NCBI GenBank assembly: GCA_951406725.2
Contig: OX597817.1
Coordinates: 113,708,001-113,772,000, forward strand
DNA length: 64,000 bases
Direction: 5' to 3'
From: Octopus vulgaris
Lineage: Eukaryota
Shown: piece after piece, positions 37,297 to 49,649 of the stretch
Position numbering within the stretch: the stretch's first letter is position 1
Layout of the letters: each line of letters begins with the position of its first letter
Notes under the pieces: model-generated
Database searches by the model: none
Told to the model about the DNA's origin: nothing
The model's input: only the letters and a program-made list of their open reading frames with translations
Translations under genes and position numbers: made by a program

Positions 37297-37545
37297 CTGG
37301 AAAAAAATAAACATCAAATGCATTTGTTACCAGACTGTTCTAAGTTGCTTCCCCACCTCCCCAATAATTAACTAACTGAAATAAAAGAAAGGTTTAATAT
37401 CAAATATTACAACAGAGTGTTGAGTTGGAAGAGACAATTAAGTATAGGATTAAATACTTGGCAGTGTTCAGTTTTTCCCTCTACATTCTGAGTTTGAAAT
37501 CAGCCTAGATATCACTGACTTTTGCATTCATTCTTTGAAGAGATA

Positions 37546-38650
37546 TTAAGTTGTTTGAAAAGTTCTGAGCATTTTTTAATATGCAAATAGGGATATAAAC
37601 AATTGACCTTTCAATAAATTTTATTCAATGAAATAATTTCCATTATTATTAATGACCTTTGCCTATCTATCAGGCAATTTAAATATTCCATCAGCATAAA
37701 ATTTGGTAAGAGATCCCAGCCAAGTTCATGTAACTTTGTTCAGGTAGCCAAAAACACAAGTGGTCAGGCATTGTCTTGTTGGAACACTACTCCTTTCCTG
37801 TTGGCAATCTCTGGCCTTAATTCTTTGACTTTTTGGTTCAAATTAGCCAGCTGGTTTTGTGCACATAATAAATAATGCCTTTATGATCCCACCAAACACA
37901 AAGCGTAGTTTTTTTGGCATGGATATTTGTCTTTGGTTGCTGTTTTGGGAGATCCTTACGCCAGCTCCAGGATTTTTTTTTGCATTATGTTTTTGTACAC
38001 AATCCATTTTTCATCTCCAGTCACAAGTTGTTTCAAAAAAGGCATGCTTTCATTCTGTTCCAAAAGCATATCACAAAAGAATAAAAGAACCTGGCCAAAT
38101 AATTTTTTTTCTGTGAGTTTGTGACGGACCCATACATTATAGCAAGAAATGTATCCTAGCTTCACCAGGTGTTCATGAGTTATACTTTTGGGAAACTCCC
38201 AAGTTCTCTAGTCATAATATTTGAGTTTTCTTGGATTTTTGCCTTCAAAACATCATCTGATTTTGAAGGTCTTCCACTGCAACTGTCATTTTCCAAGCTA
38301 AACTCTCCAGCTTTAAATTTTGCAAACCACCTTTGAACAGTTGATTCACCTACAGCATCATCACCATAAACTTCACAAATGTTTTTGCAAGTCTTTGCAG
38401 CATTTTCTACTTTTTTTTAAAATAGAAAAGCATTACAGCATGAATATGAAATTATTGTTTATCCAATTAAAATGTCAATAAAGGGTACCCAGAATGAAAG
38501 ATAATCTATTTTTAGTCAGGAACAAAGAAGTGATGCACTACCACTTCAAGCAATACCAAAGTTTTAATTGTGTTACATTTCAGGTGTGTTCAATGAGTGT
38601 TAAAATATTTACATAGCTTAAAACCGCTCAGAACTTTCCAGACAACCTAA
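37546..38650 (-). mobile_element. Decayed Tc1/mariner transposon
   Basis: TIRs ttaagttgtttgaaaagttctgagc and gctcagaactttccagacaacctaa, TA on both sides, and the transposase motif FLKQLVTGDEKWIVY. Confidence 0.88.
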
Positions 38651-38949
38651 TAACAATGCAGATACTAGGAATACTATAAAACATTTTTTTTCATTACCTA
38701 TACAAGAAATAATCTTTGTGATTTGCAATAAATATTCATTATCAAATATTAGGGCAGATATTAACACAGATATTAGGTTTTACTCCTATTCTGCAGCATC
38801 TTTGGCAAGTTTTTTCAACTATAGCCCTGGACTGACCAAAGCCTTGTGAGCAGTTTTGGTAGATAGAAACTCAAAGAGCACATTGTATGTGTGTGTGTGT
38901 GTATGTGTGTGTTTATATTTATACACAAATAACAACAGATGGATTCTGG

Positions 38950-39035
38950 TTTGCTACAGGTGTTTCAGACGTTTTTTTTATTGATGAATAGAAGTATTAT
39001 ATCGTGGAAAAAAACCCCCGTTTTCATCAGGTAAA
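38950..39035 (-). ncRNA. Degenerate type I hammerhead ribozyme-like motif
   Basis: Minus strand reads tttac-CTGATGA-aaacg...cgtct-GAAAC-acct-GTA-gcaaa. Confidence 0.5.
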
Positions 39036-39515
39036 TACATGTAAGAATTAAACATTTTGAACATCTCAAACCCAAGTCAAAAGTGCTATTTTTGACTCAA
39101 CTGACCAAAAGAGACATATACACACACACGTACCAATTTCCCAACCCAAAGCTATAGAAGAAAACATTTGCAGAAAATGCACTGCAGTAGTTATATTTGT
39201 TTTGAGTCAATGAGGTAACCTTTATGTAGTCACCTGACCTGTTCAAAATAGCAGCAAAAGAATATGTAGGATGATGAACGTGAACCTACATAGAAGACAT
39301 ACAAACATGGCTAATTTATCATTTTTCTATAGACTGAAAAAATGATGAACAGCCTTAATTAATTTTTGAACCTTATTAGGTTCTCATTAAAGGTGTCTAC
39401 ATCACTTGACCAATCAATCCCAAAGAAACAAACAGCTAATCTGTTTAAATACACAACAAATCCAGTAGCTTCAGAAAACTGAAACTATTTATTTGCACAC
39501 TGTAAGTGTAATACA

Positions 39516-39783
39516 GTGAGCCGAAAATGTTCAGTTAACTGAGATTATCCATGCAATTATTAATCAAAACCTTCCTTAGGGGATGCTAAAAAAATTTTAA
39601 ATAACTAAGGCAGATAACTCAGCCAATTGGAAATTTTGGAAGATAGAATGCGATATTAAGATCATCTATAATTTCCAAAAATTTGATTGGGTGGTATTAG
39701 AGTTATCTCCCTTGGGTATTCTCTTTATCTTTTTAAACACTCCTCGAGGGAATATTTTACTCAACGAAGTTTTTCAATTCACT
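39516..39783. repeat. Decayed palindromic foldback element
   Basis: agataactc..ccaattggaaattttggaa is mirrored by ttccaaaaatttgattgg..gagttatct. Confidence 0.55.
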
Positions 39784-40619
39784 ATATCATATAGGTGAGA
39801 TCCTGTCAAAGGATATTGTAGTTCCGACCTTATGTGTATGTGTCAGCGAGAGGTGGGGACTAGACAATGACAAACCACTCGTATTTATTTTATTGACCTC
39901 TGAGTGACAGAAGGCAAATTTAATATCTACTCCCATTCCAGCAAGCAACTTAACCATCAATGTTGAGAACTAAATACTGCAAACCAATGTAGTTAGGTTC
40001 TTTATTCCTATTGCAAGTCTCACTATACTAATTGACTTTCTCAATATCATCCAGATTATGCCAATATGGAAAACCAGACACTAAATGATGATGATTAGTG
40101 AATAAAGTAAATTTCAGAAACATTCTAATATTTATCTCAAAAAATATACTTAAGGTTAAGAGTACATTAAAAAAACAAAAAGCTAGTCAGTCAGCTCAAT
40201 TGCCGAGTAGCCAGCCAAATGAGGGAGCCACTACATAGTTGCTTGACTTGGCAGAAACAGTAGCTAAACTCTCCTATAAAGTAACCACTATTCATTTTAA
40301 ATAACTAGATAATGAAACCTTACAAAACCTAAAAAAAAAAAATAAAAGGATCATGGCTAGAATGCATTGAATCAAAGGTCTGCTTGATTTCCCCAAAATA
40401 ATTTGGTATGTTGTGTGGTATTCTGCATCATCATATATATTTCTCCCATTTCCTTTCATTTTTTCCCCCACTGATACTGGCAAAAGTTATATATTAAAGA
40501 TACAGATGTGTGATTATATTTGTCAGGTTAATGTGAGTGCCTCTAGTAATATGTAATTCAGTATAACCTTTTACTTGGTCAGGTTGTTAAGAACTCAAAA
40601 GAAGACCTGTTAAAAGTAT

Positions 40620-40870
40620 GGATGAGCCCAGCACAGGGTCCAAAGACTGTATACCAACAGAGTACAGGGACATAAAAATACTCAAGATGGCAAACACATG
40701 TGCTGTAAGACTCCTTTTAAGAGTAGTGATCCTTTCTTCTGGTCAGAACATCTGTCTGGAAGAAGGACACTTTGATGTAAAGCCTGGGGATTGTTCAATT
40801 TCAGGCTTTAATCACTGGAAGAAAAGCTGTTTTCTCTGAAAAGTGGTTGCAACTTTTGTGCATGTTTCAT
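40620..40870 (+). mobile_element. Possible hAT (ZMYM1/TTF zinc-finger-like) transposase remnant
   Basis: SGFNHWKK resembles the GF.nWKk motif of TTF-type zinc fingers; otherwise very decayed. Confidence 0.3.
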
Positions 40871-40903
40871 TGACTATAGTCAAATTCATAATAGAAACTT
40901 CAG

Positions 40904-41160
40904 AGGAATTACAACCGTGTTTCATGGTCTGCTACCACAACAGCTCCTTTATAGGATTCAGTTAGCTCAAGACATCATCAGGAGGAACCACGTCCGGTTT
41001 CGGCCCCTACTCCTCTACCGTTTTGACGTGGCGAGGCCCCGCCTTTCGGATGTGTCTTCAGCTCTGGTGTTGGGTGCATGTCTTCTTCCTTCTTCTTTCT
41101 TCTGGTCCCTGGCCTCTTTGATGTATCGTCAGCGAGTGTCAGCTGGTGACTGACTGTCTT
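40904..41160 (-). mobile_element. GC-rich repeat fragment with hammerhead-like core (Penelope-like terminal repeat?)
   Basis: Minus strand reads ttcctc-CTGATGA-tgtct...agaccat-GAAAC-acggtt-GTA, with TATAAA in the putative loop. Confidence 0.4.
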
Positions 41161-41512
41161 GTCAAATTTCTCCCTTTAAATAGGGAAAATAATGGACCAC
41201 TCAAAAGAGGCCACTGTCATTATGTCACAATGATATGTAGCCACTTTAGTAGTTTCCCCACTCATGAACGTACATTGTAGGTGTAGCATGGCTGAAATAA
41301 CAGTGATTCTCCAGTAATTCATGCCATTGCATCCTCTAACATGCTCTACTTTAAGAACTGTGCCTAAGAGGTGGTCATACTTGGTCACAAGTAGTCTTCC
41401 ATTATCTATGTGTGTGTGTGTGTGTGTATAATGTGGGGAGATCTATAATCTGGGGATTAGTCTAAGATTTACCCAGGGTTAAACAACAATGACAACAACA
41501 CCGACAACTGAC

Positions 41513-41770
41513 CTGATTTCACTTTTTTATCTTCTTCATCATCATCAGATGAAGAATCTCTGAGCTGATCACAATGTGCTCGGATTTGTTCAAGGAGTCG
41601 CAACACTCGAGCTTCTCGCCGACCTCTTTTGTCATCCGGGTGGGAGTGAACAATATTGTGCAAAGCAGCAGAGGCCCGAGCCCGTGCCGCCTTACTCCCA
41701 CGTGTATTGCCCAATAAGCTGGAGTCCTTGTCACTACCGTGCAGCAGCTGGATCAGTAAGGGGAGACAAC
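41513..41770 (-). CDS. APC: APC exon (258 nt)
   Basis: tttcag/gtcag flanks, phase 1-1; GCLPLLIQLLHGSDKDSSLLGNTRGSKAARARASAALHNIVHSHPDDKRGRREARVLRLLEQIRAHC, nearly identical to vertebrate APC. Confidence 0.97.
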
Positions 41771-41809
41771 CTGAAATAAAATTGAAATAAATATTAAAGT
41801 TAGTAGAAA

Positions 41810-41950
41810 TAATAATAATGATCCTTTCTACAATAGGCACAAGGTCTGGAATTTTGGGGGTGAGTGGCTAGTCGATTACATTGACCCCAGTACGTAAATA
41901 GTACTTATTTCGTCAACCCCAAAAGGGTGAAAGGAAAAGTTGGCCTCAAC
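41810..41950 (-). mobile_element. SINE family A 3' part, about 40 nt upstream of an APC acceptor
   Basis: Reverse complement of the family A core and tail. Confidence 0.75.
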
Positions 41951-42199
41951 AAGACTGAGTATGATATCTTATGGTTTCTTAATTATAAACGAAACAGTGC
42001 AATTATAAATGATGCTGAAGAAATGGTTAAGCAATAGTTAAATAAGAAAAGTAGTTCCATCTCTGCTGTGAAGTAGTAACTGAAGCTGTACATGTTTACA
42101 ACCAAGTGGACTGTGGCAAATATACAAGTGGCTAAAGCTGGATGCAAGCTGAAGCTTACAATTGTGTGATTTTAAAATAAATAAATAAATGTATGTATG

Positions 42200-42730
42200 T
42201 ATATATGTATGTTGCATGGTTGGGTCGTCGGCGACTAAACCGGCAATCCCACCAAGCTTGCTTGGTGAGGAGGGTGTTTATTGGACACTCTGCGGGATGA
42301 AAAACAAAACCTGTCAAAGGGAGGAGGAACTCTTGAGAGTCAAAGGCCATCCAATAAAAGTCATAAGGCTGTATCATGCGCGGGGACATAAGAAATAATC
42401 AGACTGAATACCCGATCGCACGGTTAAACCATTGGAAGTGAAGGACTCCTAGCCTTTGTTGGGGCATCCTTCTAGGAGAAGGTAACTCAGGTAACTGGGA
42501 TAACTGCGACATAAAACCTGCAGCTCAGTGGTTACCGATGATGTTGACTTGTTCTTCTTTTCGGATTACGGCTGCTGTTGCTTAGTGAGTGGGATTGACT
42601 TAGTGAGTGGGATTGTCTCAGTGCACAGCCTTTCCTCACTTTAAAAAAAATCTTCTTGCACAGGCATTGCACGATAACAACATTGATTAAGCTTCATGCA
42701 ATGGCCAAACTCAATAACGAGGGGGCAGCC
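42200..42730 (+). mobile_element. Probable LINE (RTE-like) 5' UTR or non-autonomous element
   Basis: GC-richer island containing gggcatccttctaggagaaggtaactc, which resembles RTE leader motifs (from memory), plus structured hairpins; no ORF. Confidence 0.4.
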
Positions 42731-43514
42731 ACCATGCATGCATACATATGAGTATTATTGTGCTTTTCATATTTGAAATCACAAGAAAATTCCAGATATA
42801 AATAATGCTTTCCTTTTCAAACTGAACAGACATAAACATACACACATAATCTTCAGTACATAGGTGTTTCTAAAATAGTTATACCTAATATGCAATTGGC
42901 TGTGTGTAGATGAATATCTGTATGTTGTTAAATGATGGAGTCAATTACTCGACTTTTCATGATTGGAAGTATTTGTTAGCCATTTTTGGTTGCAACATAA
43001 CCATAGGAAAAGTTGAAATCAGCACTGTAAATTAATGCAACATTCATAAATTTTTATAGTACTGAGCAACTTTCCATGGGGAATTGTAGCTATCCAGTGG
43101 TATCTAGAAGAACAAGGTCATTTGAGTGTCTTAGTCATGGATATAACACAATGTTAGTTACCAATGCTGACAAATTGGTTTGTTGTCTGGTATCCTACTG
43201 GTTCAAGCAGCAACAGTAGCGTTGCACTCATGAGCTCTCACCTTTTTTATGTCTGGTTATAATGGTTCAGATCAGTTCTTATTTGGAGGTACTGCCCTAC
43301 TAAAGAGGGAGACATGATCCTCTCAATGGGGAATATATCACATTCATATGGTCTATTTTAGTATGGTTTTTTATGGCTGGATGTCATAGAACCATTTTAT
43401 GTACTGTACTATTATGACATCAGCACTGGACAGATTATCCTGTCTCTGGAAAGAGAAACCTTAAGGGTCCTCTCAGCACAACACCCAACATTTCATATTC
43501 AGCATGTTTTCAAC

Positions 43515-43601
43515 AGCTAGATACCTTTCTTACTGTCCAGACACTTTTCAGAAAGAGCTAGATACCTTTCTTATTGTCCAGACACTTTTCAGAAAGAGCT
43601 A
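43515..43601. repeat. Tandem duplication, 2 x 41 bp
   Basis: agctagatacctttctta.tgtccagacacttttcagaaag occurs twice. Confidence 0.9.
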
Positions 43602-43742
43602 AAGAATAAAACATCTTGATTTTTAAAACAAATTGAAGTAAACAAACTCAATACTTATATTGACTTGTAGTTAAAAAGAAAGGCTAAATATTTATAGGTG
43701 GGTGTGTGTGTTTGTTTGAGAAACACTTAAAGACTTTTTTAC

Positions 43743-43860
43743 CTGATTGCCGCATAGCAATGCAACTATCCTGAGAACTGGACATAGCAAGTAGTGTGCG
43801 ACTCATGTCATCTTTATCGTGGGTACCAAGCATCGATAATAATGAGTAAACCATTTCAAC
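43743..43860 (-). CDS. APC: APC exon (118 nt)
   Basis: Phase 0-1; VEMVYSLLSMLGTHDKDDMSRTLLAMSSSQDSCIAMRQSG, essentially identical to human APC. Confidence 0.97.
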
Positions 43861-45051
43861 CTGAAATTAGCAGAAAAAGGATCGGAAACAATTTAAAACA
43901 ATGATAAGAACAACAACCAGTTTAGTAATAAATTTTATAAGATCATTTTAGAAATAAACATAAGAATAATATATGGATATACATAGTTGTCCAATTTTAC
44001 ACCACCACCTATGCCTTAGGGAGTCATGCAATAGCATATGAGTCCATGCTGTTGCAAGCATTTGAATCAGGTCCCCTGATTTGAAGACAAACTCTTAATG
44101 TGTTGTTGCCTACTGCAGTAACCTAAGTCCACTTCTTACCACACAGCTATGCCTACATTTACTGTTTGTCCGTGTTTATTACTTATTATGCTAATAAATA
44201 ATGACAGATAAGATTACTGATAAAGCAAAATTTTGTTTTTATCATTATATCCCATGTCTATATTTAATATCAATTTCAGCTTGCAGTCCCTCATCTGAGA
44301 ATAGTAATCAATATGTATTTATGCATAGGCAGACACACAGCTTGAAATTAATAAGGTAAGGCAAATAAGTTGACATCCATACCTGTACCAAAGACATATA
44401 TATTACTTATGCAAATTGACAAAATAGCTTAAATAAGAGTTCAAAATTTTCACTAAAACACTTGGCTTGCTAAAAGCTTACATTTTCATGGAACATTTCA
44501 AAATAAAGACCAACTTTATCAAATATTGGCATAATTGAATCCAAGAGATGCAGCTGAACTTGAAAGACAATGTAAAATGTAAAATCATTAAAAAAAATTT
44601 AGTAGCTTACACCTGTTTTAATAAATGATTTGGATGTATTTTCACATTATGTGATTTTTCCAACTTCAGTATTGGTTTTTAGGTGATTTAAAAAAAAATG
44701 TTAATGCTTTTAAATGTTTGCCGAAACTGACACAAAGTAAGATAAATTGACTGAAGTTGAGGTTAATTAGATTATTAAAAAAAAAGCAAAAAAATATGTA
44801 AAGTTGAAAAAGATGATATTTGAAATGATGTAAGTTGAGGCATGCCTGTACTTCCATATCTAAAAGAATTGTTTGATTTCATGTACATAAGAAATTCTGG
44901 ATGTGATTCATTGTAAAAAATAAAACACAATAAACAAATAATAGCATGGAGTTATAGTAAAAAATAACAAAATGTCACAATAAGTCTGAGTGGATCTGAA
45001 CAAATGTCATGGGTGGGTGTGTATAAATCATTGTTTGGAGACGGAATTTAC

Positions 45052-45200
45052 CTTGGTGCCAAGTTGAGGTTGAGTTGTTTGACAGCGTGACACTGGTGGA
45101 GCAGATGCATTTGTGTTGCTGGAATCAAAACTGAATATACTAGACGTATCATTGTTGACTAGACTTTCAAGGCTGCCATCGCTTTGACTAATAGGAAAAT
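45052..45200 (-). CDS. APC: APC exon (149 nt)
   Basis: ctttag/gtaaat flanks, phase 1-0; ...NDTSSIFSFDSS...QPQLGTK (human ETASVLSSSS...SHLGTK|VEMVY, same junction). Confidence 0.85.
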
Positions 45201-45850
45201 CTAAAGCTCAAGAAGAAAATAAACAAGTAAAAATCCCACTCAAACCAAAATTTGATATACTAATGCTGAAATGACAACAACAATGCATATATATATATAT
45301 ATATATATAATATAGGATCACAACTGTCCTTCAAATGGTAATGTGAAACTCCAAGTAACAGTTTGTGAAGGTTTTTGTGGTTTTAATAAAAGTACTTGTG
45401 CATATATATAAATATATAATAGAACCTTTTTACAACAAAGTCAGACAATGAATTTCTATAGAAAAAACAACAAAACCAATGAGAAACTGTTGTTTCTGCA
45501 GTTACTCAATGTGCTATTTCAAATAAAACTGAAATAGCAGTCAAAATATGATATACATCATAAATATATCTTGTTTTTGATCATTGGCTGACTGTGATCA
45601 ATTAGCCCCTACCCAACCAAAAAAAAAACAGTATAGATATGACAGAACATGCAAAAATTAATTACTTGAGTATAATGTTTCATTATACATATTGGTTTTT
45701 CTTGTTATAAATATATATCTGTAGATCATAAAGAAGAAATATGGGAATAACCATTTGTGAAGTTTTCAGTTTCCAATAAATATAAGATAAAGAACTCTAC
45801 TGTTTGTATCGAGCGATCTCTTTTGCCTTGTTTACAATGATTTGTGTTCT

Positions 45851-45885
<35 letters not shown>

Positions 45886-46144
45886 TTTTAATATGGGTTT
45901 TGCTTGGGTTAGATGAAACTTATTGAGACAAATTTTCTATGGTTGGATGCCCGCCCTTTTGCCAACCCACAATTGTTTCTAAACAAGCTAATACTTCCTC
46001 ATAGCCAAACACATTTTCCACAGAATATTGGAAATGGATAACACTGCTTGTATGACAATGACACTCATTGTATATCTATCATTTGATTGTGAAGACAAGG
46101 AGATGCAAACACCCTCTCTCTCTGTATACATATATATATATATC

Positions 46145-46432
46145 ACGTGATCACGTGACCGACCAGGCTATCAGATGTTGCTACACATCGCTGGTCACAA
46201 TGCGCTTCGCATTGTTTTAGCCTTCAAATGATGCCACCTCGCTGGCTAAGCGAGCAGGCCAGCAGAAGAAAGAGTGAGAGAAAGTTGTGGCGAAAGAGTA
46301 CAGCAGGGATCGCCACCACCCCCTGCCGGAGCCTCGTGGAGCTTTAGGTGTTTTCGCTCAATAAGCACACACAACGCCCAGTCTGGGAATCGAAACTGCG
46401 ATCCTCCGACCGCTGGGCCATTGCGCCTCCAC
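46145..46432 (-). mobile_element. tRNA-derived SINE family B, inserted in a (TA)n tract
   Basis: Minus strand reads ggaggcgcaatggccc...gtttcgattcccag...agctccacgaggctccggcag...ctctttcgccacaactttctctcactcttt. Confidence 0.8.
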
Positions 46433-46670
46433 TATATATATATAAAAGGTTATTGTAGTTCACTGGAAGCATTGTGTATTGTTTGTGAAATGATTTATTT
46501 ATTCATAGTCTAATATAATAGTTGGGAATTTAATAATTCCTTCTTCAGATAATGCAAGGAAGTAATGGACTCCATTACTTCCTAGCAATATCTGAAGAAG
46601 GAATTTTAAAATTATTTGTAACAGTTATATCCACTCTGCATTGCTGTGCCATTCCAGACACATTACATTT

Positions 46671-46701
<31 letters not shown>

Positions 46702-47292
46702 GTAAGCATGGGTGACTGCTGGCCTTCCACAAACAACCTTGCCCGGATTTGTGCCTCAGAGGGTAACTTTCTAGGTGCAATCCCATGGTCATTCATGACT
46801 GATGGCGGCCTCATCCTCCTCATATATGTAAATTCCGAATGATAAAAATCAGTGCTCAACACCACACTGGTGGATATAACTTCTTTATTTGTGAATTAAG
46901 GCTACCCTTGGTTTCATGTTAAGAAAAGCAGGAAAATATCTTAGTGTCTTAATTTTTCAAGCCGAACACATGGAGAAAGGTGTTTGCCTCCATTTTGGAA
47001 AACACACACACACACACATATTTACAGGAAGTTAATTATGCATTACCACTCTAACTTCTTTATATGATCCACTGACGAGATATGTATATGTGTACACATA
47101 CACACACACACACCTGGTTCTCTCAGATACCATCTACCAAATCCACACACAAAGCTTTGGTTGGCCAGGTTAAAGTAGCAGACACTTGTCCAGGGTGCCA
47201 TATAGTAGGACTGAATCTAGAACCTTATGGTTGGGGAGTAAATTTCTTACCACACAGCCACACCTGCACCTATGCATGCATCTATCTATCTG

Positions 47293-47324
<32 letters not shown>

Positions 47325-47327
<3 letters not shown>

Positions 47328-47735
47328 TCATCATCATCATCATTTAACGTCCGCTTTCCATGCTAGCATGGGTTGGACGTTCAACTGGGGTCTGGGAGCC
47401 CGAAGGCTGCACCAGGCCAGTCAGATCTGGCAGTGTTTCTACAGCTGGATGCCCTTCCTAACGCCAACCACTCTGAGAGTGTAGTGGGTGATTTTATGTG
47501 CCACCGACACAGGTGCCAGACGAGGCTGGCGAACGGCCACGCTCGGATGGTGTTTTTTATGTGCCACCGACACAGGTGCCAGACGAGGCTGGCAGACGGC
47601 CACGCTCGGATGGTGTTTTTATGTGCCACCGACACAGGTGCCAGATGAGGCTGGTGAACGGCCACGATCGGATGGTGTTTGTTACGTGCCCACAGCACGG
47701 AGGCCAGTCGATGCGGTACTGGCTACGGCCACGTT
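47325..47735 (-). mobile_element. RTE 3' UTR fragment with internal tandem repeats of about 63 bp
   Basis: (cat)n tail on the + strand; tgtgccaccgacacaggtgccaga at 47497, 47560 and 47622. Confidence 0.85.
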
Positions 47736-47769
47736 ATATATATATATATATATTTATATGCAAGTATAT

Positions 47770-47776
<7 letters not shown>

Positions 47777-47837
<61 letters not shown>
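47777..47837. repeat. (GA)n microsatellite
   Basis: Seen directly. Confidence 0.95.
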
Positions 47838-47840
<3 letters not shown>

Positions 47841-48354
47841 TTATCAAACAGGAATGAAGATTACATTTATGCAAGTGAATAGTACCTATGGGAGCACTGT
47901 ATATTTTGCAAAACAATTATAGAGTTTGGAATCTTTCTAAGACTGAACATAAAAATAATATGCTGATATGCTCAACTAGTGGAAGTGGTTTTTACAGCAC
48001 TTCTGTATATTGGAAACATGAAATAGGATAATGGAAAGCAAAAAATTGATTACATTAATATTTTGGAAGTTTATCAGGGAAGTAAATATGACCAAGATAG
48101 CAGAACACATAATTTAGTTTTGTTAAGGGAATGGAGCAATGATAAGAACTGTAATTCAGTGGATTAAATGACCAGCAGTAGAGGGATAGTATAGCCTTTC
48201 TATGTTTTAAAATAAAAATTATCATGTTGGGATCAACTTAACCTTTTATTCCTCCAGGAATATGTGCATCAGACATGAACTGGGGTTAGTTCAATTGACT
48301 ATATCACTACCCAACAGATTTATGGCCATATGCCAATTTATATATATATATATA

Positions 48355-48715
48355 TCATCATCGTTTAACGTCCGCTTTCCATGCTAGCATGGGTTGGACG
48401 GTTCAACTGGGGCCTGGGAAGCCAGAAGGCTGCACCAGGCCCAGTCTGATCTGGCAGTGTTTCTACAGCTGGATGCCCTTCCTAACGCCAACCACTCCGT
48501 GAGTGTAGTGGGTGCTCTTTACGTGCCACCTGCACAGGTGCCAGACAAGGCTGGCAAATGGCCACAATCGGATGGTGCTTTTTCCGTGCCACCGGCATGG
48601 AGGCCAGTCAGGGCAGTGCTGGCAACGACCACATTCGGATGGTTCTCTTACGTGCCACCGGCACTGGTATCACAGCTACAATTTCCATTGATGTTGATCG
48701 ATTTTGATTTTCACT
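48355..48715 (-). mobile_element. RTE 3' UTR fragment
   Basis: Near-identical to 47325-47520; flanked by (TA)n. Confidence 0.85.
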
Positions 48716-48726
48716 TGCCTATATTT

Positions 48727-48772
<46 letters not shown>

Positions 48773-49129
48773 AAATAGATTATTATTTAGTCTATTCTAG
48801 TTTCTCCATCTATGACACAAGTTCAAATTCTGCTAGAGTCAATTTATATTTTCATCCTTCTTGTGTAAATAAAGGAAATACCAGCAATATATTTAGACTG
48901 ATTGAATCTTGCTACTTTCCAAAATAAAAATTTTGAACTTAAGTAAGAAATCAAAGTATTCATTTTACTTGTTTCTGTTACTGACTGCAGCCATGCTGGA
49001 GCACCACCTTGAAGGATTTAAGGAATAAGTCAAACAAATTGACCCGTGTGTGTATAAACACACACACATACATATATAGATAGATAGATACTCACACATG
49101 ACAAGCTTCTATCAGTTTCTTATTTCTTT

Positions 49130-49352
49130 GTTGCCCACAAAGGGCTAAACATAGAGGGGACAAACAAGGATAGACAAAGGGATTAAGTTGATTACACTGA
49201 CTCCAATGCATAACTGGTACTTAATTTATTGACCCCGAAAGGACAAAAGGCAAAATTGACCTTGGCAGAATTTGAACTGAGAACATAAAGACAGACGAAA
49301 TACCACTAAGCATTTCGTCTGGCATACTAACATTTCTGCCAGCTCGCCACCT
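49130..49352 (-). mobile_element. tRNA-derived SINE family A variant (different tail)
   Basis: Reverse complement of the family A head and core. Confidence 0.75.
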
Positions 49353-49649
49353 TCTTTCAGTTTCTGTCTACAGCCTGAGGCTGTAGTAAAAGACACTTGC
49401 TCAGGAGCCATAAAGTGGGACTGTTACCAAAAATTGTATAATGCATAAAAGTAGTTAAAATTTATGTCACTAAATTTATATTTGTCTTGCCTGTTTCATA
49501 ACCTGATGATTGAATTCATAGTGATCCTATTGACTTTAGCAGTATTTGAGAACATATTACTAAATATGATATCTGCTGGAATGATACCTGAGGGGGGGGG
49601 GTCTACGCTCATCTCAAAGGATAACTTGAACTCAGTACTATAATCTAAT

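Noticed and set aside
47494-47735. CRISPR-like array
   Set aside because: Whole units repeat with no unique spacers, the context is eukaryotic, and there are no cas genes.
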